Assembly (NCBI GenBank): GCA_951406725.2
Contig: OX597840.1
Span: 26,536,001-26,600,000, forward strand
Origin: Octopus vulgaris
Taxonomy: Eukaryota
Direction of reading: 5' to 3'
Length of the DNA: 64,000 bases
Shown here: piece after piece, positions 1 to 17,068 of the stretch
How positions within the stretch are numbered: position 1 is the first letter of the stretch
Layout of the letters: each line of letters starts with the position of its first letter
Program-made: the position numbers and the translations under genes
Notes under the pieces: model-generated
Told to the model about the DNA's origin: nothing
The model's database searches: none
Seen by the model: the letters and a program-made list of their open reading frames with translations, nothing else

Positions 1-81
1 TATATATATATATATACATACAAATATATACACACACACACACCCATGTATATACGTACACCATACACACATACATGTATG

Positions 82-130
<49 letters not shown>

Positions 131-398
131 TCTATGTATCTATGGAGGCATGTATGTATATATGTATGGAGATATGTATGTATTTATGTATACATATCTG
201 TGTGCATGTATGTAGGTATGCATGCCTGTCTGTTCGTCCGTCTGTCTGTCTGTATGTATGTATATATATATGTATATATGTATATATGTATGTATATATG
301 TATATATGTATGTATGTATGTATGTAGGTATGTATGTATGTATGTATATATGTATATATGTATATGTATATATGTATATATGTATGTATATATGTATG

Positions 399-430
<32 letters not shown>

Positions 431-458
431 TGTATGTATGTATGTATATGTATGTATG

Positions 459-490
<32 letters not shown>

Positions 491-575
491 TGTATGTATG
501 TATGTATGTATGTATGTGTGCATGTATGTATGTATGTATGTATGTATGTATGTATGTATGTATGTATGTATGTAC
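1..575. repeat. (TA)n/(TATG)n compound microsatellite
   Basis: Direct reading; explains the YVCM/IYIY ORFs. Confidence 0.95.
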
Positions 576-880
576 TGTATTTTAGGGCGTGTTGTATTCT
601 TAATAAGAATTTGAAATTGGAGTCGCCTTACATTTTATCTGTGTATGTCAAAACCCAGGTCGATAGATGAACCTTTATGGTTGCCCACTACCGGGCAATT
701 TATCTAATTTTATGTCAGCTGGAGGCGGAGGGGACCAAAGTTCACCCCACCCTCTCCCCAACCGCAAGAAATTTGTCGAAGCTGTAAATTATTTTATTTA
801 AAACCGATCTAAGTTCTATTTGTGATTTATGTACGTAAAAGACAATTTCTTCGATGTATAACTTACCATACAGCCCTGTT

Positions 881-1035
881 GTGGCTGTGTGGTAAGTAGC
901 TTGCTTACCAACCACATGGTTCCGGGTTCAGTCCCACTGCGTGGTAACTTGGGCAAGTGTCTTCTACTATAGCCTCGGGCCGACCAAAGCCTTGGGAAAG
1001 GATTTGGTAGATGGAAATCGAAAGAAGCCTGTCGT
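881..1035 (+). mobile_element. tRNA-derived SINE family A, 5' part only
   Basis: GTGGCTGTGTGGTAAG (A-box-like), GGGTTCAGTCCC (B-box-like), then TTGGGCAAG core-like motif; matches about 20 other copies in the window. Confidence 0.85.
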
Positions 1036-1060
1036 ATCTTCATCGAAAACCGGTGATTGT

Positions 1061-1105
1061 CGTACGCCGACGACGGGTCAATACCTAGAAACTGCAGTCC
1101 GTGCG
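1061..1105 (+). ncRNA. Type I hammerhead ribozyme motif (U4C core)
   Basis: CGTACG-CCGACGA-C-GGGT(CAAT)ACCT-A-GAAAC-TGCA-GTC^-CGTGCG: 6-bp stem I, palindromic ACTGCAGT stem III, GUC site. Confidence 0.8.
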
Positions 1106-1263
1106 TATCACTTAGGTTGACGAGGGAGGGAGGACCTCCCTTTGCAAATACCACAAGGGCACAGAAAGTGTGCCTAAAGCCAGCTGGAGACGATGTTCTC
1201 CTGGGGCTAAAAGCTACAGTAACACCCACCCTTAGTGGTTAGCCATATCGAGATGGCTAGTAT

Positions 1264-1325
<62 letters not shown>

Positions 1326-1326
1326 C

Positions 1327-2215
<889 letters not shown>

Positions 2216-2244
2216 TACACACACATTTGAATATTTATATATGC

Positions 2245-2685
2245 GTTCTTGTTTCTTTCTTTCTCTCTCTCTCTCTCCATCTATTTCTTTCTCTCCTCTG
2301 TTTCTCTCTATCTCTCTTTCTCTCCCTCCCGCTAACGCTCTCACCCCCTCTCTCTTTCTGTCTCTTTCTCTCATTTACTCTCTACCTCTTTCTCTATCAC
2401 CCTTTCTCTTCCCCTCCCTCTTCTCTCTGTCTCCTTCTCTCCTTCTCGCTAACCCCCTCTCTTTCTCTCTTTCCCTCCCTTCTCCTCCACCTCTTCCTCT
2501 ATCACTCTTCCTCTCCCCCTTCACTCTTCTTTACCACTCTCTTCATCTCTCTCCCTCTTTCTTTCTCTCCATCTCTCTTTCTTTTACTTACCCCCTACTT
2601 CTTTATCACCCTTTCTCTCCCTCTCTATCTTTCTATCTCTCTCTCTTTGCCTCTCACAATCTCTCTCTCTCTCTCTCTCTCACAT
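2245..2685. repeat. CT-rich polypyrimidine low-complexity tract
   Basis: Direct reading. Confidence 0.9.
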
Positions 2686-2699
2686 ACCACCCTCTACAA

Positions 2700-3960
2700 C
2701 GTCACCATACAATACCACCATCACCACCATCACAGACGCTTCATCACCATATTCCGACACACCGCTGTCACACACCACCCACTTCTACCAATAACAGCAG
2801 CACCGCACGCACCCTATCCCCACCCATACTCCACCGCACACAACCGCCATAACAACCACCTTCATCACCACCGCCGCCGCCATTACCGCCGCCACCGCCA
2901 CCACCACCACCACCACCACTACCACTACCATCACCACCACCACCACCACCACCATCACCACCACCACTACCATCACCACCACCATCACCATCACCACCAC
3001 CACCACCACCACCACCACCACCACCACCACCACCACCACCACTACCATCACCACCACCACCACCACCACCACCACCACCACTACCACCACCACCACAACT
3101 ACCACTACCACAACCACCACTACCACTACCATCACCACCACCACCACCACCACCACCACCATCACCATCACCATCACCATCACCACCACCACCACCACCA
3201 CCATCACCATCACCATCACCATCACCATCACCACCACCACCACCACCACCACCACCACCACCACCACCACCACCACCACCACCACCACCACCACCACCAC
3301 CACCACCACCACCACCACCACCACCACCACCACCACCACCACCACCACTACCACCATCACCACCAGTACCACCATCACCACCACCACCACCACATAAAGC
3401 TCCACACCCCTCTCATATACCCACTCACAACCCATCAACACCGCCGACGTCGCCGCCACCGCCACCGCCACCCCACCACCGCTAACTCCACCTCCCACAT
3501 CACCACCACTACCACCAGTACCACCATCACTATCACCACCACCGCCATATAAAACTCCACACCCCTCTCACATACCCACTCACAATCCATCATCACCGCC
3601 GCCGCCACCTCGACTTCCACCACCACCACCTCCACCTCCGCCACCACATAAAGCGCCACACCCCTCTCACATACCTACTCACAACCCATCATCACCACCG
3701 CCGCCGCCGCCGCCACCTCGACCTCGACCTCGACCTCCGCCACCACATAAAGCCCCACACCCCTCTCACATACCCACTTACAACCCATCATCACCGCCGC
3801 CGCCGCCGCCACCTCGACTTCCACCTCCAACACCGACATCCCTCAACACCACCCCGTGAAGCGCCGCACACCTCTCACATACCCACCCACGACCCACCAC
3901 CACCATCACCACCACCATCTTCACCACCACCACCTCCGCCACCTCCGCCGCCGCCGCCGT
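2700..3960. repeat. (CAC/CAT)n array followed by a degenerate minisatellite
   Basis: (CAC)n at ~2860-3390; the unit ATAAAGC..CACACCCCTCTCACATACCCACTCACAA..CATCA recurs at ~3394, 3549, 3648, 3747 and 3860. Confidence 0.9.
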
Positions 3961-4129
3961 CGGTTGGAAGTGTTGGCGTCTGTTTGCATTGTTATCTTGC
4001 ACAACTGGAGGCAGGCAGCGCCATTCTGTCAGTTTGTTGCCGGTTCTGGAGACGAAGTTCGTTGCAGAAAATCAAATTGGAATTCAGATTAAGCAGGAAT
4101 CACATGGAACGAAAAAGGATTACATCGCA

Positions 4130-4169
<40 letters not shown>

Positions 4170-4377
4170 CAACAACAATTACAGCAGCAGTGGTAGGTGT
4201 AGTGATGTCAACAACACTAACAACAACAACAACAGCAACAACAATAATGGTTGTGATATTTGCCAGAGGAACAGAAATGCACAAACGTGTTGTGCATACG
4301 TGAGAGAGTTTATGGCTGTGTATGTGTGGACATGTTCGAGAATGTGTGTGTACGGATGCATGTATCTACATGTGTGG

Positions 4378-4462
<85 letters not shown>

Positions 4463-4465
<3 letters not shown>

Positions 4466-4648
4466 ACGAAAAAACAAAAGACGAAGACAGGTGGTGTACA
4501 AAACAAACAGATATATTAGTATAACGCTCAGGAATAGAAAAAGTCTTTTACGTTTCGAGCCTACGCTCTTCTACAGAAAGGGACACAGAAAGAAACGAGG
4601 CGAGAAAATAAAGAATGTGTAGTGGCTAACGATCTATCATGGCGAACC
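4463..4648 (-). mobile_element. Short PLE-derived element with minimal HHR (4545-4580)
   Basis: Minus strand: CTTT-CTGTAGA-A-GAGC(GTAG)GCTC-GAAAC-GTA^-AAAG (A6 substituted). Confidence 0.7.
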
Positions 4649-4674
4649 ATATATATATATATATATATATTTGA

Positions 4675-4764
<90 letters not shown>

Positions 4765-4903
4765 AGTCATTTGACTGCGACCACGCTGGAGCACCGCCTT
4801 CAAGCCAACAAATCGACACCAGGACTTATTCTTTGTGAGCCCTAAGTTATGGGGACGTAAACATGCCAATATCGGTTGTCAAGCGATGGTAGGGCAACAA
4901 ACG

Positions 4904-4938
<35 letters not shown>

Positions 4939-5067
4939 GTATATATATGTATATATGTATATATATATATATATGTAGCTTCAACCGCCGTGTTTTACTG
5001 ACGTGAATTTGCTACCCAGGTATCGATTAACCGAATTATCCATACTAGGATAATTCATTCACCTACT

Positions 5068-5568
<501 letters not shown>

Positions 5569-5717
5569 TATATATATAAATAATTAATTAATAATTAATC
5601 GGCAGTTTATATTTACTGCTGAGTAAACCGCGCGAATGCGGTGGATTTTGAAAATTTATAGCATAGAGATTCGATGCATGCTCGTTATCGCCTCGTGAAT
5701 ATATGGTAGTCCTTGGC

Positions 5718-5784
5718 TTTTCTGCTGATGAGTGCAACGCCAGTGGTAAATAAAGATTGTCGAAACTATGCATAGTCTAGAAAG
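5718..5784 (+). ncRNA. Canonical type I hammerhead ribozyme
   Basis: TTTTCTG-CTGATGA-GTGCAA...ATTGTC-GAAAC-TATGCATA-GTC^-TAGAAAG: 7-bp stem I (with G-U), 12-nt palindromic stem III ACTATGCATAGT. Confidence 0.85.
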
Positions 5785-6285
5785 AAAAGGGTAAGCGTTT
5801 TTTATTTCTCTTTCCATTTCAGAATTACAACTGTTAGTGGTTTGGAGTTTAGCTGCTCTTTCTAGTGAGTCGGATGTTCTATTATAGCCATCCCTTATAT
5901 GTTTGAATGTATATATATATAAATATATATATTACGTCATAACAAGTAAACATACGTTTACAAACACACACACACATACACACACAGATACACACAGACA
6001 GACACAGACAGACACACACACAAGCACATGCGCGTGCACGTGTGGTTTCGTAAGAGAGCGTGTGTGAACGTAACACGAATACGTTGCCATATGTGCATGA
6101 GATCATGCACATATACATCCGTTCCATAGTATAAGTGGTGTTTCAACGTATATCCTATCTCGGTGCATGTGAAAGCATGTCCGAACGCACATACATACAA
6201 CCACCTCTACGCATGCGCGCAGGCACACACACACACATATGCGTTCACACGCACAAATAGTATGTGGTCCTATAGATATATATAC

Positions 6286-6317
<32 letters not shown>

Positions 6318-6329
6318 GTATATGTATAT

Positions 6330-6462
6330 GTAAAAAAATACAAACTGGGACAAGAACGCAAAACATTTAGAAGACGATACAAAAAACACGGATGGGACAT
6401 TCGAAGCCTTCAATCTTCAGTCAAGAACCGGATCATCCTCGCAATTTCGGCTGATTAATCTT
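6330..6462. repeat. Dispersed TA-flanked repeat (AAATACAAACTGGGACAAGAACG family)
   Basis: Near-identical copies at ~40920-41045, 61660-61892 and 62122-62480. Confidence 0.75.
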
Positions 6463-6479
6463 TTGCTCTTATATGTAAG

Positions 6480-6546
<67 letters not shown>

Positions 6547-6629
6547 GTATGTATATATATATATATAAAAGGCGGCGAGCTATAGGGAAATATATATATA
6601 TATATATGTATGTATATATATATATATAA

Positions 6630-6851
6630 AAGGCGGCGACAGAAACGTTAGCACGCCGGGCGAAATACTTAGCCGTATTTCGTCTGTCGTTACGTTCGAG
6701 TTCAAATTCCGCCGAGGTCGACTTTGCCTTTCATCCTTTCGGGGTCGATAAATTAAGTACCAGTTACGCACTGGGGTCGATGTAGTCGACTTAATCCCTT
6801 TGTCTGTCCTTGTTTGTCCCCTCTGTGTTTAGCCCCTTGTGGGTAGTAAAG

Positions 6852-6855
<4 letters not shown>
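6630..6855 (+). mobile_element. SINE with Meta-domain-like centre
   Basis: tRNA-like head (GAGTTCAAATTCC B box) followed by GCCTTTCATCCTTTCGGGGTCGATAAATTAAGTACCAG, which resembles the MetaSINE central domain; copies at 26772 and 53183. Confidence 0.75.
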
Positions 6856-6941
<86 letters not shown>

Positions 6942-6977
6942 GTATATACACACACACATACATACATACACGTATAT

Positions 6978-7152
6978 ACTCTTTAGTCTTTTACTTGCTT
7001 CAGTCATATGACTGTGGTCATGCTGGAGCACCGCCTTTAGTCGAGGAAATCGACCCCAGGACTTATTCTTTCTAAGCCTATTACTTATTTTATCGGTCTC
7101 TTCTGCCGAACCGTTGAGTTACGGGGACAAACAGAGACACACAAACATATAC

Positions 7153-7187
<35 letters not shown>

Positions 7188-7340
7188 CGACGGGCTTCTT
7201 TCAGTTTCCGTTTACCAAATCCACTCACAAGGCTTTGATCGGCCCGAGGCTATGGTAGAAGACACTTGCCCAAGGTGCCCCGCAGACTGAACCCGGAAGC
7301 ATTTGGCTGGTAAGCAAGCTACTTACCACACAGCCACTCC

Positions 7341-7341
<1 letters not shown>
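6978..7341 (-). mobile_element. SINE family A, near full length
   Basis: Head, internal (TA)/(TG) microsatellite and tail ending in AAGTAAAAGA repeats. Confidence 0.85.
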
Positions 7342-7428
<87 letters not shown>

Positions 7429-7529
7429 TTATTATGTATACGAGTGTTTGTGTATATCAATGTGTGTGCATGCGTATGTAACAATATGTGTACAAATACG
7501 TGTGTGTATGTATACATACATACATACAC

Positions 7530-7573
<44 letters not shown>

Positions 7574-7718
7574 GTACATGCATACATACACATGTATATA
7601 TGCATGTATGGTGTATGTATGCATATATGTATGTATGTGTGTATACCACACAGTTGGACTGAACCCGGAACCATTTTGTTGGGAAGCAAGCTTCTTACCA
7701 CACAGCCACTAAAATTTG

Positions 7719-7793
7719 TGGCAGCTGTTTCGGTAGAATTCTATTATTGTATTTATAGATTACATCATAACATATAAACCACCATCTTCAGGT
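7719..7793 (-). ncRNA. HHR motif truncated at the cleavage site, within inverted repeat ~7735-7975
   Basis: Minus strand: CTGAAGA-T-GGTGG...CTACC-GAAAC-AGCT-G, then unrelated sequence. Confidence 0.55.
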
Positions 7794-7973
7794 AAAATTT
7801 TAAGCAGGTAAGATGAAAGACAGGTGAGATTCCATACATCGTATTCGACGAATCCAACATTGACGTATATAATCTCGCCTGCATCACATCTTACCTGCTT
7901 AAAATTTTACCTGGTGACGGTGGATACTATGTGATGATATAATCTATGAATACATCAATAAAATTTTACATGC

Positions 7974-8042
<69 letters not shown>

Positions 8043-8093
8043 CATACATACACACACATATCTATATCTCTCTCTCTCTATCTATCTATCTAC

Positions 8094-8150
<57 letters not shown>

Positions 8151-8152
8151 AT

Positions 8153-8193
<41 letters not shown>

Positions 8194-8285
8194 ATATATG
8201 TATATATGTATATATGCATATCTACATATATGTATATGAATGTGTGCGTATATAAAATATATACATACATACATACATACAAGCA

Positions 8286-8381
<96 letters not shown>

Positions 8382-8570
8382 TATATATACATACGTACAT
8401 ACATAGCAGTTCGGCAAAAGACATCGATAGAATAAGTACGAGTCCTACAAAGTATATCTATAAAAAAATGTCCAGGGGTCGAGTCATTCGACTAAAATTC
8501 TTCAAAGCGATGCCCCAGCATGGCCGCAGTCTGACGACTGAAACAAGTAAAAGAACATACATACATACAC

Positions 8571-8655
<85 letters not shown>

Positions 8656-8744
8656 GACACACAGACAGAAACACACACACCTGAATATTCTCGGATAATT
8701 AAACGTAGTCTTGGATAGGTATTGCCTTTTGTATCTCATTCCAC

Positions 8745-9585
<841 letters not shown>

Positions 9586-9827
9586 CCTCCACTTAACGTT
9601 TCCATTCGTGTCGAGTTCAATTGTCTGTAGAGAGGTGCAAAACGCTATCGGATGCTAAATGGACGTAGCCACCTAAGTGCTCCACGCACCCACGCTCGCG
9701 CCTACAGACATATGCACTTTTCTGTGGATGCGTGGTATGCATACAATTACGCATACTCATACATCCATGTCTGTCTGTCTATCTATCTATCTATCTATCT
9801 ATCTATATATATATATATATATATATA

Positions 9828-10230
9828 GGCGCAGGAGTGGCTGTGTGGTAAGTAGCTTGTTTACCAACCACATGGCTCTGGGTTCAGTCCCACTGCGTGG
9901 CACCTTGGGCAAGTGTCTTCTACTATAGCCTCGGGCCGACCACAGCCTTGTGAGTGGATTTGGTAGGCGGAAACTGAAAGAAGCCCGTCGTATATATGTA
10001 TATATATATATATATGCGTGTGTGTGTATTTGTGTGTCCCCCTAGCATTGCTTGACAACCGATGCTGGTGTGTTTATGTCCCCGTTACTTGGCGGTTCGG
10101 CAAGGGAGACCGATAAAATAAGTACTGGGCTTACAAAAGAATAAGTCCCGGGGTCAAGTTGCTCGATTAAAGCCGGTGTTCCAGCATGGCCGCAGTCAAA
10201 TGACTGAAACAAGTAAAAGAGTAAAAGAGT
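9828..10230 (+). mobile_element. SINE family A, full length
   Basis: GGCGCAGGAGTGGCTGTGTGG head through to the GACTGAAACAAGTAAAAGAGTAAAAGAG tail. Confidence 0.9.
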
Positions 10231-10273
<43 letters not shown>

Positions 10274-10368
10274 CAGGAGTAAGATCAAACATGCGAAACA
10301 GGGTGGAAAAAATAGTACTCGAATACCAGAGGTAGAGTAATATGCTTCATTAAAAAGCAGCTAAAAAG

Positions 10369-10431
<63 letters not shown>

Positions 10432-10443
10432 TATATATATATA

Positions 10444-10488
<45 letters not shown>

Positions 10489-11055
10489 GCCCGGAGGAAG
10501 TTGAAATTTGATAGCTTTGTGATGAGTGGTCACTCTACATCCATCCATCGCTACAGGTTTATAGCTTTATGTTTTATAGAGTGTATGTGCGTGCATATAC
10601 ACACACATACATATATACATACATACATACATACATACATACATACATACATACATGCATACACAGGCGTAGGTACGTACATGCATACGTACATACATAC
10701 ACACATGTATGCATACATACACACATACATACGTACATATATATGACGAACTAACTGATACTTTCTTAGATGCAGCACGGACTTTGTCAGTGAACAGGTC
10801 GCGGATTTTAGCGACGAAAATATCTTGACAAATTAAACTTAAATGTTGGAGTGAATCGAACGGCTTTTGTGTGTTTCTTAAATGGCTTACAAACACCTTC
10901 CACGCTGCAATTGTTATATATATATATATATACATACACGGTGTGTTGTGAATTTTTGGAAAGAAATCCCCAAAAACTCAATGAATCTGATTCAATTCTT
11001 TTTACATCTCTATTACTATATATATATATATATATATATATAGATACGTATGTGT

Positions 11056-11169
<114 letters not shown>

Positions 11170-11285
11170 CGCAAGCAGAGAATATGTTTTGCAGGCACAC
11201 CACATGGGATATTCCGATATCAAGGTTTGGATATAACATCTTAAAAGCCTACTAGCTAAACTTTAATTTTAAATACAGTTATGTA

Positions 11286-11321
<36 letters not shown>

Positions 11322-11497
11322 ATTTTATTGAACGAGCTTCTACAGGACTAGAACTGTTTCATTCAGATGAATAGTCCTGTAGAAGCTCCTTCTATAAAAT
11401 AAATTACTTTACTCTGCTATGTATTGAGTACCTTATTTACTGTGGTTAACCCCGACTCAACCCGGGACCTACATATATATATATATATATATAGATA

Positions 11498-11855
11498 TAC
11501 TCCAAGAAAGTTAGAGGTTGTGAATCCAACCAACTAAGGGATAATATCTATCCAATATACTTGCTTGTAGAATACCCAATTATTAATACACAAGTGTTAT
11601 TATTGCATTGTAATTACATTACCGAGTGTATTAAATGGTTGAAGGTAAAGAGATATTTTACCATTAATTTGTATAGCAATAAGAAAATGGAGGGAATCAA
11701 TAGGTGGTATTCATCAACTTTTAGACATTATATTATGTCAACTTATTTATTTACTAAACTGATAATTACAATAATATACATACATATAACATATAACATA
11801 TTATTCTTTACGTATAAGATATAAGAATATAGTAAGTTTACCAGTAATTATTATA
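11498..11855 (-). mobile_element. PLE terminal fragment (copy of 1627-1995)
   Basis: Near-identity over ~350 bp; starts at (TA)n. Confidence 0.65.
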
Positions 11856-11905
11856 AAACACACACACACACATATGTTTGTATGTATGTGTGCATGTGTG
11901 TATGT

Positions 11906-11937
<32 letters not shown>

Positions 11938-12101
11938 GTGTGTGTGTATGTGTGTATGTATGTGTGTGTGTGTATGTATTATGTATGTATGTGTGTGTGT
12001 GTGTATGTATTATGTATGTATGTATGTGTGTATGTATGTATGTATTATGTATGTATGTATGTGTGTATGTGTGTATGTATGTATGTATGTATGTGTGTAT
12101 G

Positions 12102-12290
12102 TAAAGTTAATCCAAACAAGAAAGCACAAAAAAAACACAACAACGCGAGGACGTGGAACAAATATAGTTTTATTGGACGCTAAGGAAAGAAGGAAAGAAG
12201 GAGGGTTTAACGTTTCGAGCGGAGCTCTTCGTCGGAAACATAGGAGAAGGGAAGACAGAGGGAAAAAAATCGCCAACGGTACACACTCGG
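12102..12290 (-). mobile_element. Short PLE-derived element with minimal HHR (12205-12239)
   Basis: Minus strand: GTTT-CCGACGA-A-GAGC(TCC)GCTC-GAAAC-GTT^-AAAC; identical motif at 38113, 45314 and 59821. Confidence 0.8.
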
Positions 12291-12811
12291 CATGTATGTA
12301 TGTATGTATGTATGTATGTATGTATGTATGTATGTATGTATGTATGTATGTATGTATGTATAGAGTATTAGGTGTGATGTACAGAATTGAATAGTGAGAA
12401 AAAAAGTCGTCAGATTTTTGGGAAAAAATCTTTTTATTTCCTCGTTATTATTAATTAGCGCTTTCGTTCCTCTCTAGAACTTGACAAATACAATGGAAAT
12501 GAAAATTGTATTTGAGAAGTTCTAGAGAGGAACGAACGCGCTTATAATAATGAAGAAATAAAAGGATTTTTTCCCCCAAAATTCTGAGAAGCTGTAAGAC
12601 CTTCTATCTATAAATGTTCTAATATCCACACAGCCTTGGATTTTTTTTTATCTCATTACGCAAAAAATTCTTATATATATATATATATATATATATGTAT
12701 CAAATGAAATAAATGAAAAACAGGACGCAAAGGATGTTGCGGTACATATGTTTCGGGCTTTATAGAACAACTTATTAGTACATCAATGCATAATCGATTT
12801 CGCCCTGAATT

Positions 12812-12877
<66 letters not shown>

Positions 12878-12886
<9 letters not shown>

Positions 12887-13141
12887 GGGTTCAGTAAAAT
12901 AATTTACTTTACCACACACCGAACTTTTTAGAAACAGCAACCAAAAACTTAGCTAGTTCTTCTACTGTAAGAAAAATCTCCCAGACAAAGCATACTGAAA
13001 AATAACTCACACAGGTATAGAGGGAAAAATAACGAAAAATCACATCTATATAAGTAGAAGAAATAGCTAAGTTTTTGGCTGCTGTTTCTAAAAAGTTCGG
13101 TGTGTGGTAAAGTAAATTATTTTACTGAACCCTATTTTTAT
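12878..13141. repeat. Inverted repeat, ~88-bp arms, TA-flanked
   Basis: 12878-12966 is the reverse complement of 13053-13141 with few mismatches. Confidence 0.9.
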
Positions 13142-13232
13142 AATGTAATATTTCAAATATACCGTAAATGGTCGTTTTACATACTGAACACTACTTGGTA
13201 AAATTAATTAATTAGTTTTACCCTTTATTATT

Positions 13233-13271
<39 letters not shown>

Positions 13272-13658
13272 GGGAGTATGGCTCCAAACTTACAGGGAAA
13301 AATTAGATTAAGGATTAAATCAAATTTCACAGTATAAAATATGAATTATAGATAAAACCACTATTAGGCAACTCAAACAGTGATAGATATAAACCAATAC
13401 ATAAATTACAAAAAATATAAATATAATTCATATAGTATATACTATATATATATATAAAATTTAAAATTAAATTTTTTAATCAAAAGTATAAAAAGAATGA
13501 TAAATATAATATAATAAGTAAAAACATATATATGTACGTATATATATACGTACATATATATAGGTAAGTAGGTATGGTGATGGGTATATATACAAATATG
13601 TTTATATATATATACGCATGTAGGTATGTAAGTATAGGAATATATGCATGTGTATATA

Positions 13659-14815
<1,157 letters not shown>

Positions 14816-15140
14816 TTAAATTTGTTAAATTTGAAACAGCATTCTCCATAGCATATATCCGATATTCATCTAAGCCAAATCCACCTAACGTATCTTCTGC
14901 TTTTTATTCAAATTTGGCTCATTTTTACATTTAATTTTTCCGAAGATTCTAGAATTTTTTCATGCAACTGCATTCTTATCACTGGCATAGTTGTGTAGAA
15001 TTTGGTAAGCAGAAGTGCAGTGGAATCGTGTCAGTTTGAAGATTATTGCGGCGGCAGGGAATTTTTGATGTTAGATTGAACAAGGTTACAGAATTTGAAA
15101 GACGTTTAAAAATTTCGTGTGTTTGAAATCGCTACCGTCA

Positions 15141-15186
<46 letters not shown>

Positions 15187-15189
<3 letters not shown>

Positions 15190-15338
15190 GGAGTAAACAC
15201 ATAAATGTGAAACAAGGTGGAAAAAAGAGTACTCAAATACCAGGGGTAGAGTAATATGCTTTATTTTAAGCAGCAGAAAATTCAACAAAATCTGTTGAAT
15301 CAACAGATTTTGTTGAATTTTCTGCTGCTTAAAATAAA

Positions 15339-15340
<2 letters not shown>
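15187..15340. mobile_element. PLE terminal fragment ending in an ~80-bp hairpin
   Basis: Same family as 44983-45185 and ~10272-10368; 15259-15340 is an inverted repeat. Confidence 0.6.
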
Positions 15341-15402
<62 letters not shown>

Positions 15403-15768
15403 AAGTTAATCCAAACAAGAAAACAAAAAGACAACAACGCAAGGATGTGGAACAAATAAAGTATTATTGGACGCTCAGGAAAGAAGGGAAGAAATATATA
15501 TATATATATAAATTAAAATTTAATAAGGGTAGACATTGATATTAATCAATTAAAATCAGTGGCCCAGCATATTAAAAAAAAAAATCCGATGATTAAAATA
15601 TTTTTACAATGCTTTGGTTTGTACTGTTTTTTTTATTTGGGAACATATTCTTTGTGGAAAATAGCGATTTGACGTCTATATCTAGCATGTTGACAGACCA
15701 CTTTTAGCGGTCAGTCCTTTAAATTTTGTATGTAAAAATTTATATATGTGTGTGTGTGTGTGTGTACA

Positions 15769-15915
<147 letters not shown>

Positions 15916-16026
15916 ATATATTGATAGAAATGGTAAGACAACAAAAGAATGAAAGAGACCTCGATATTAAGTAAATAGAGGAATTTATCTGTAAATGTAA
16001 TATGTGACAATTTATTCGGTTGCCAT

Positions 16027-16087
16027 GATAAAACTCCGAGTTTCGGATGCCGAGGTGGAAATCCACGCCGCCATCTCTTCAGTTATC
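16027..16087 (-). ncRNA. Type I HHR motif
   Basis: Minus strand: GATAA-CTGAAGA-GATG..GTGGA(TT)TCCAC..CATC-C-GAAAC-TCGGA-GTT^-TTATC. Confidence 0.75.
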
Positions 16088-16147
16088 CTGCCATCGGAAA
16101 AAATGCTATTAAAATGACCGTTAAGTGAGGGGAGGGAGTAAAAGAAT

Positions 16148-16264
<117 letters not shown>

Positions 16265-16434
16265 ATATATATATATATAACAAGTAAAGTTTGTAAGGTA
16301 CCGCACCAGTGGAAATATATATGAAAGAAGGTTTGAAAATGCAATTTTAGAGATGTTTATTGGTTTAAAAATGTGGAACGCTTCACGAATTTGACAATAA
16401 ACATCTTTAAAATTGCATTTTCAAGCCTTCTTAC

Positions 16435-16733
<299 letters not shown>

Positions 16734-17027
16734 TGCTCTCTCTCTCACTTTCTCCTCATCCATCACCCTCTTGTACTGTCTTATATTCCCCCCCACCACC
16801 ACTACACACTCAATAACACTATAAAATGGTCAAAACTTTTCACACAGGAACTTAGTTTGATTTGAAAACCCCACTAGAATGGGAGAAAGCGCTAATATAT
16901 GATCTAAGTTATATGATGTATAAAAACATGTAATATACAAATAAATATCTGTAAATATAAAACCATCCGATTTCCTGAGTACCTCATTTCTTCTTATATA
17001 AAATACCTGTACATTATCTCCATACCT

Positions 17028-17068
<41 letters not shown>

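Noticed and set aside
2227-3552. 441-aa His-rich ORF
   Set aside because: CT tract plus (CAC)n repeat that gives long low-complexity ORFs on both strands; no coding evidence.
6393-6425. HHR in the AAATACAAACTGGG repeat (CTGAAGA...TTCGAATGTC on the minus strand)
   Set aside because: No GAAA core and no stem I pairing.
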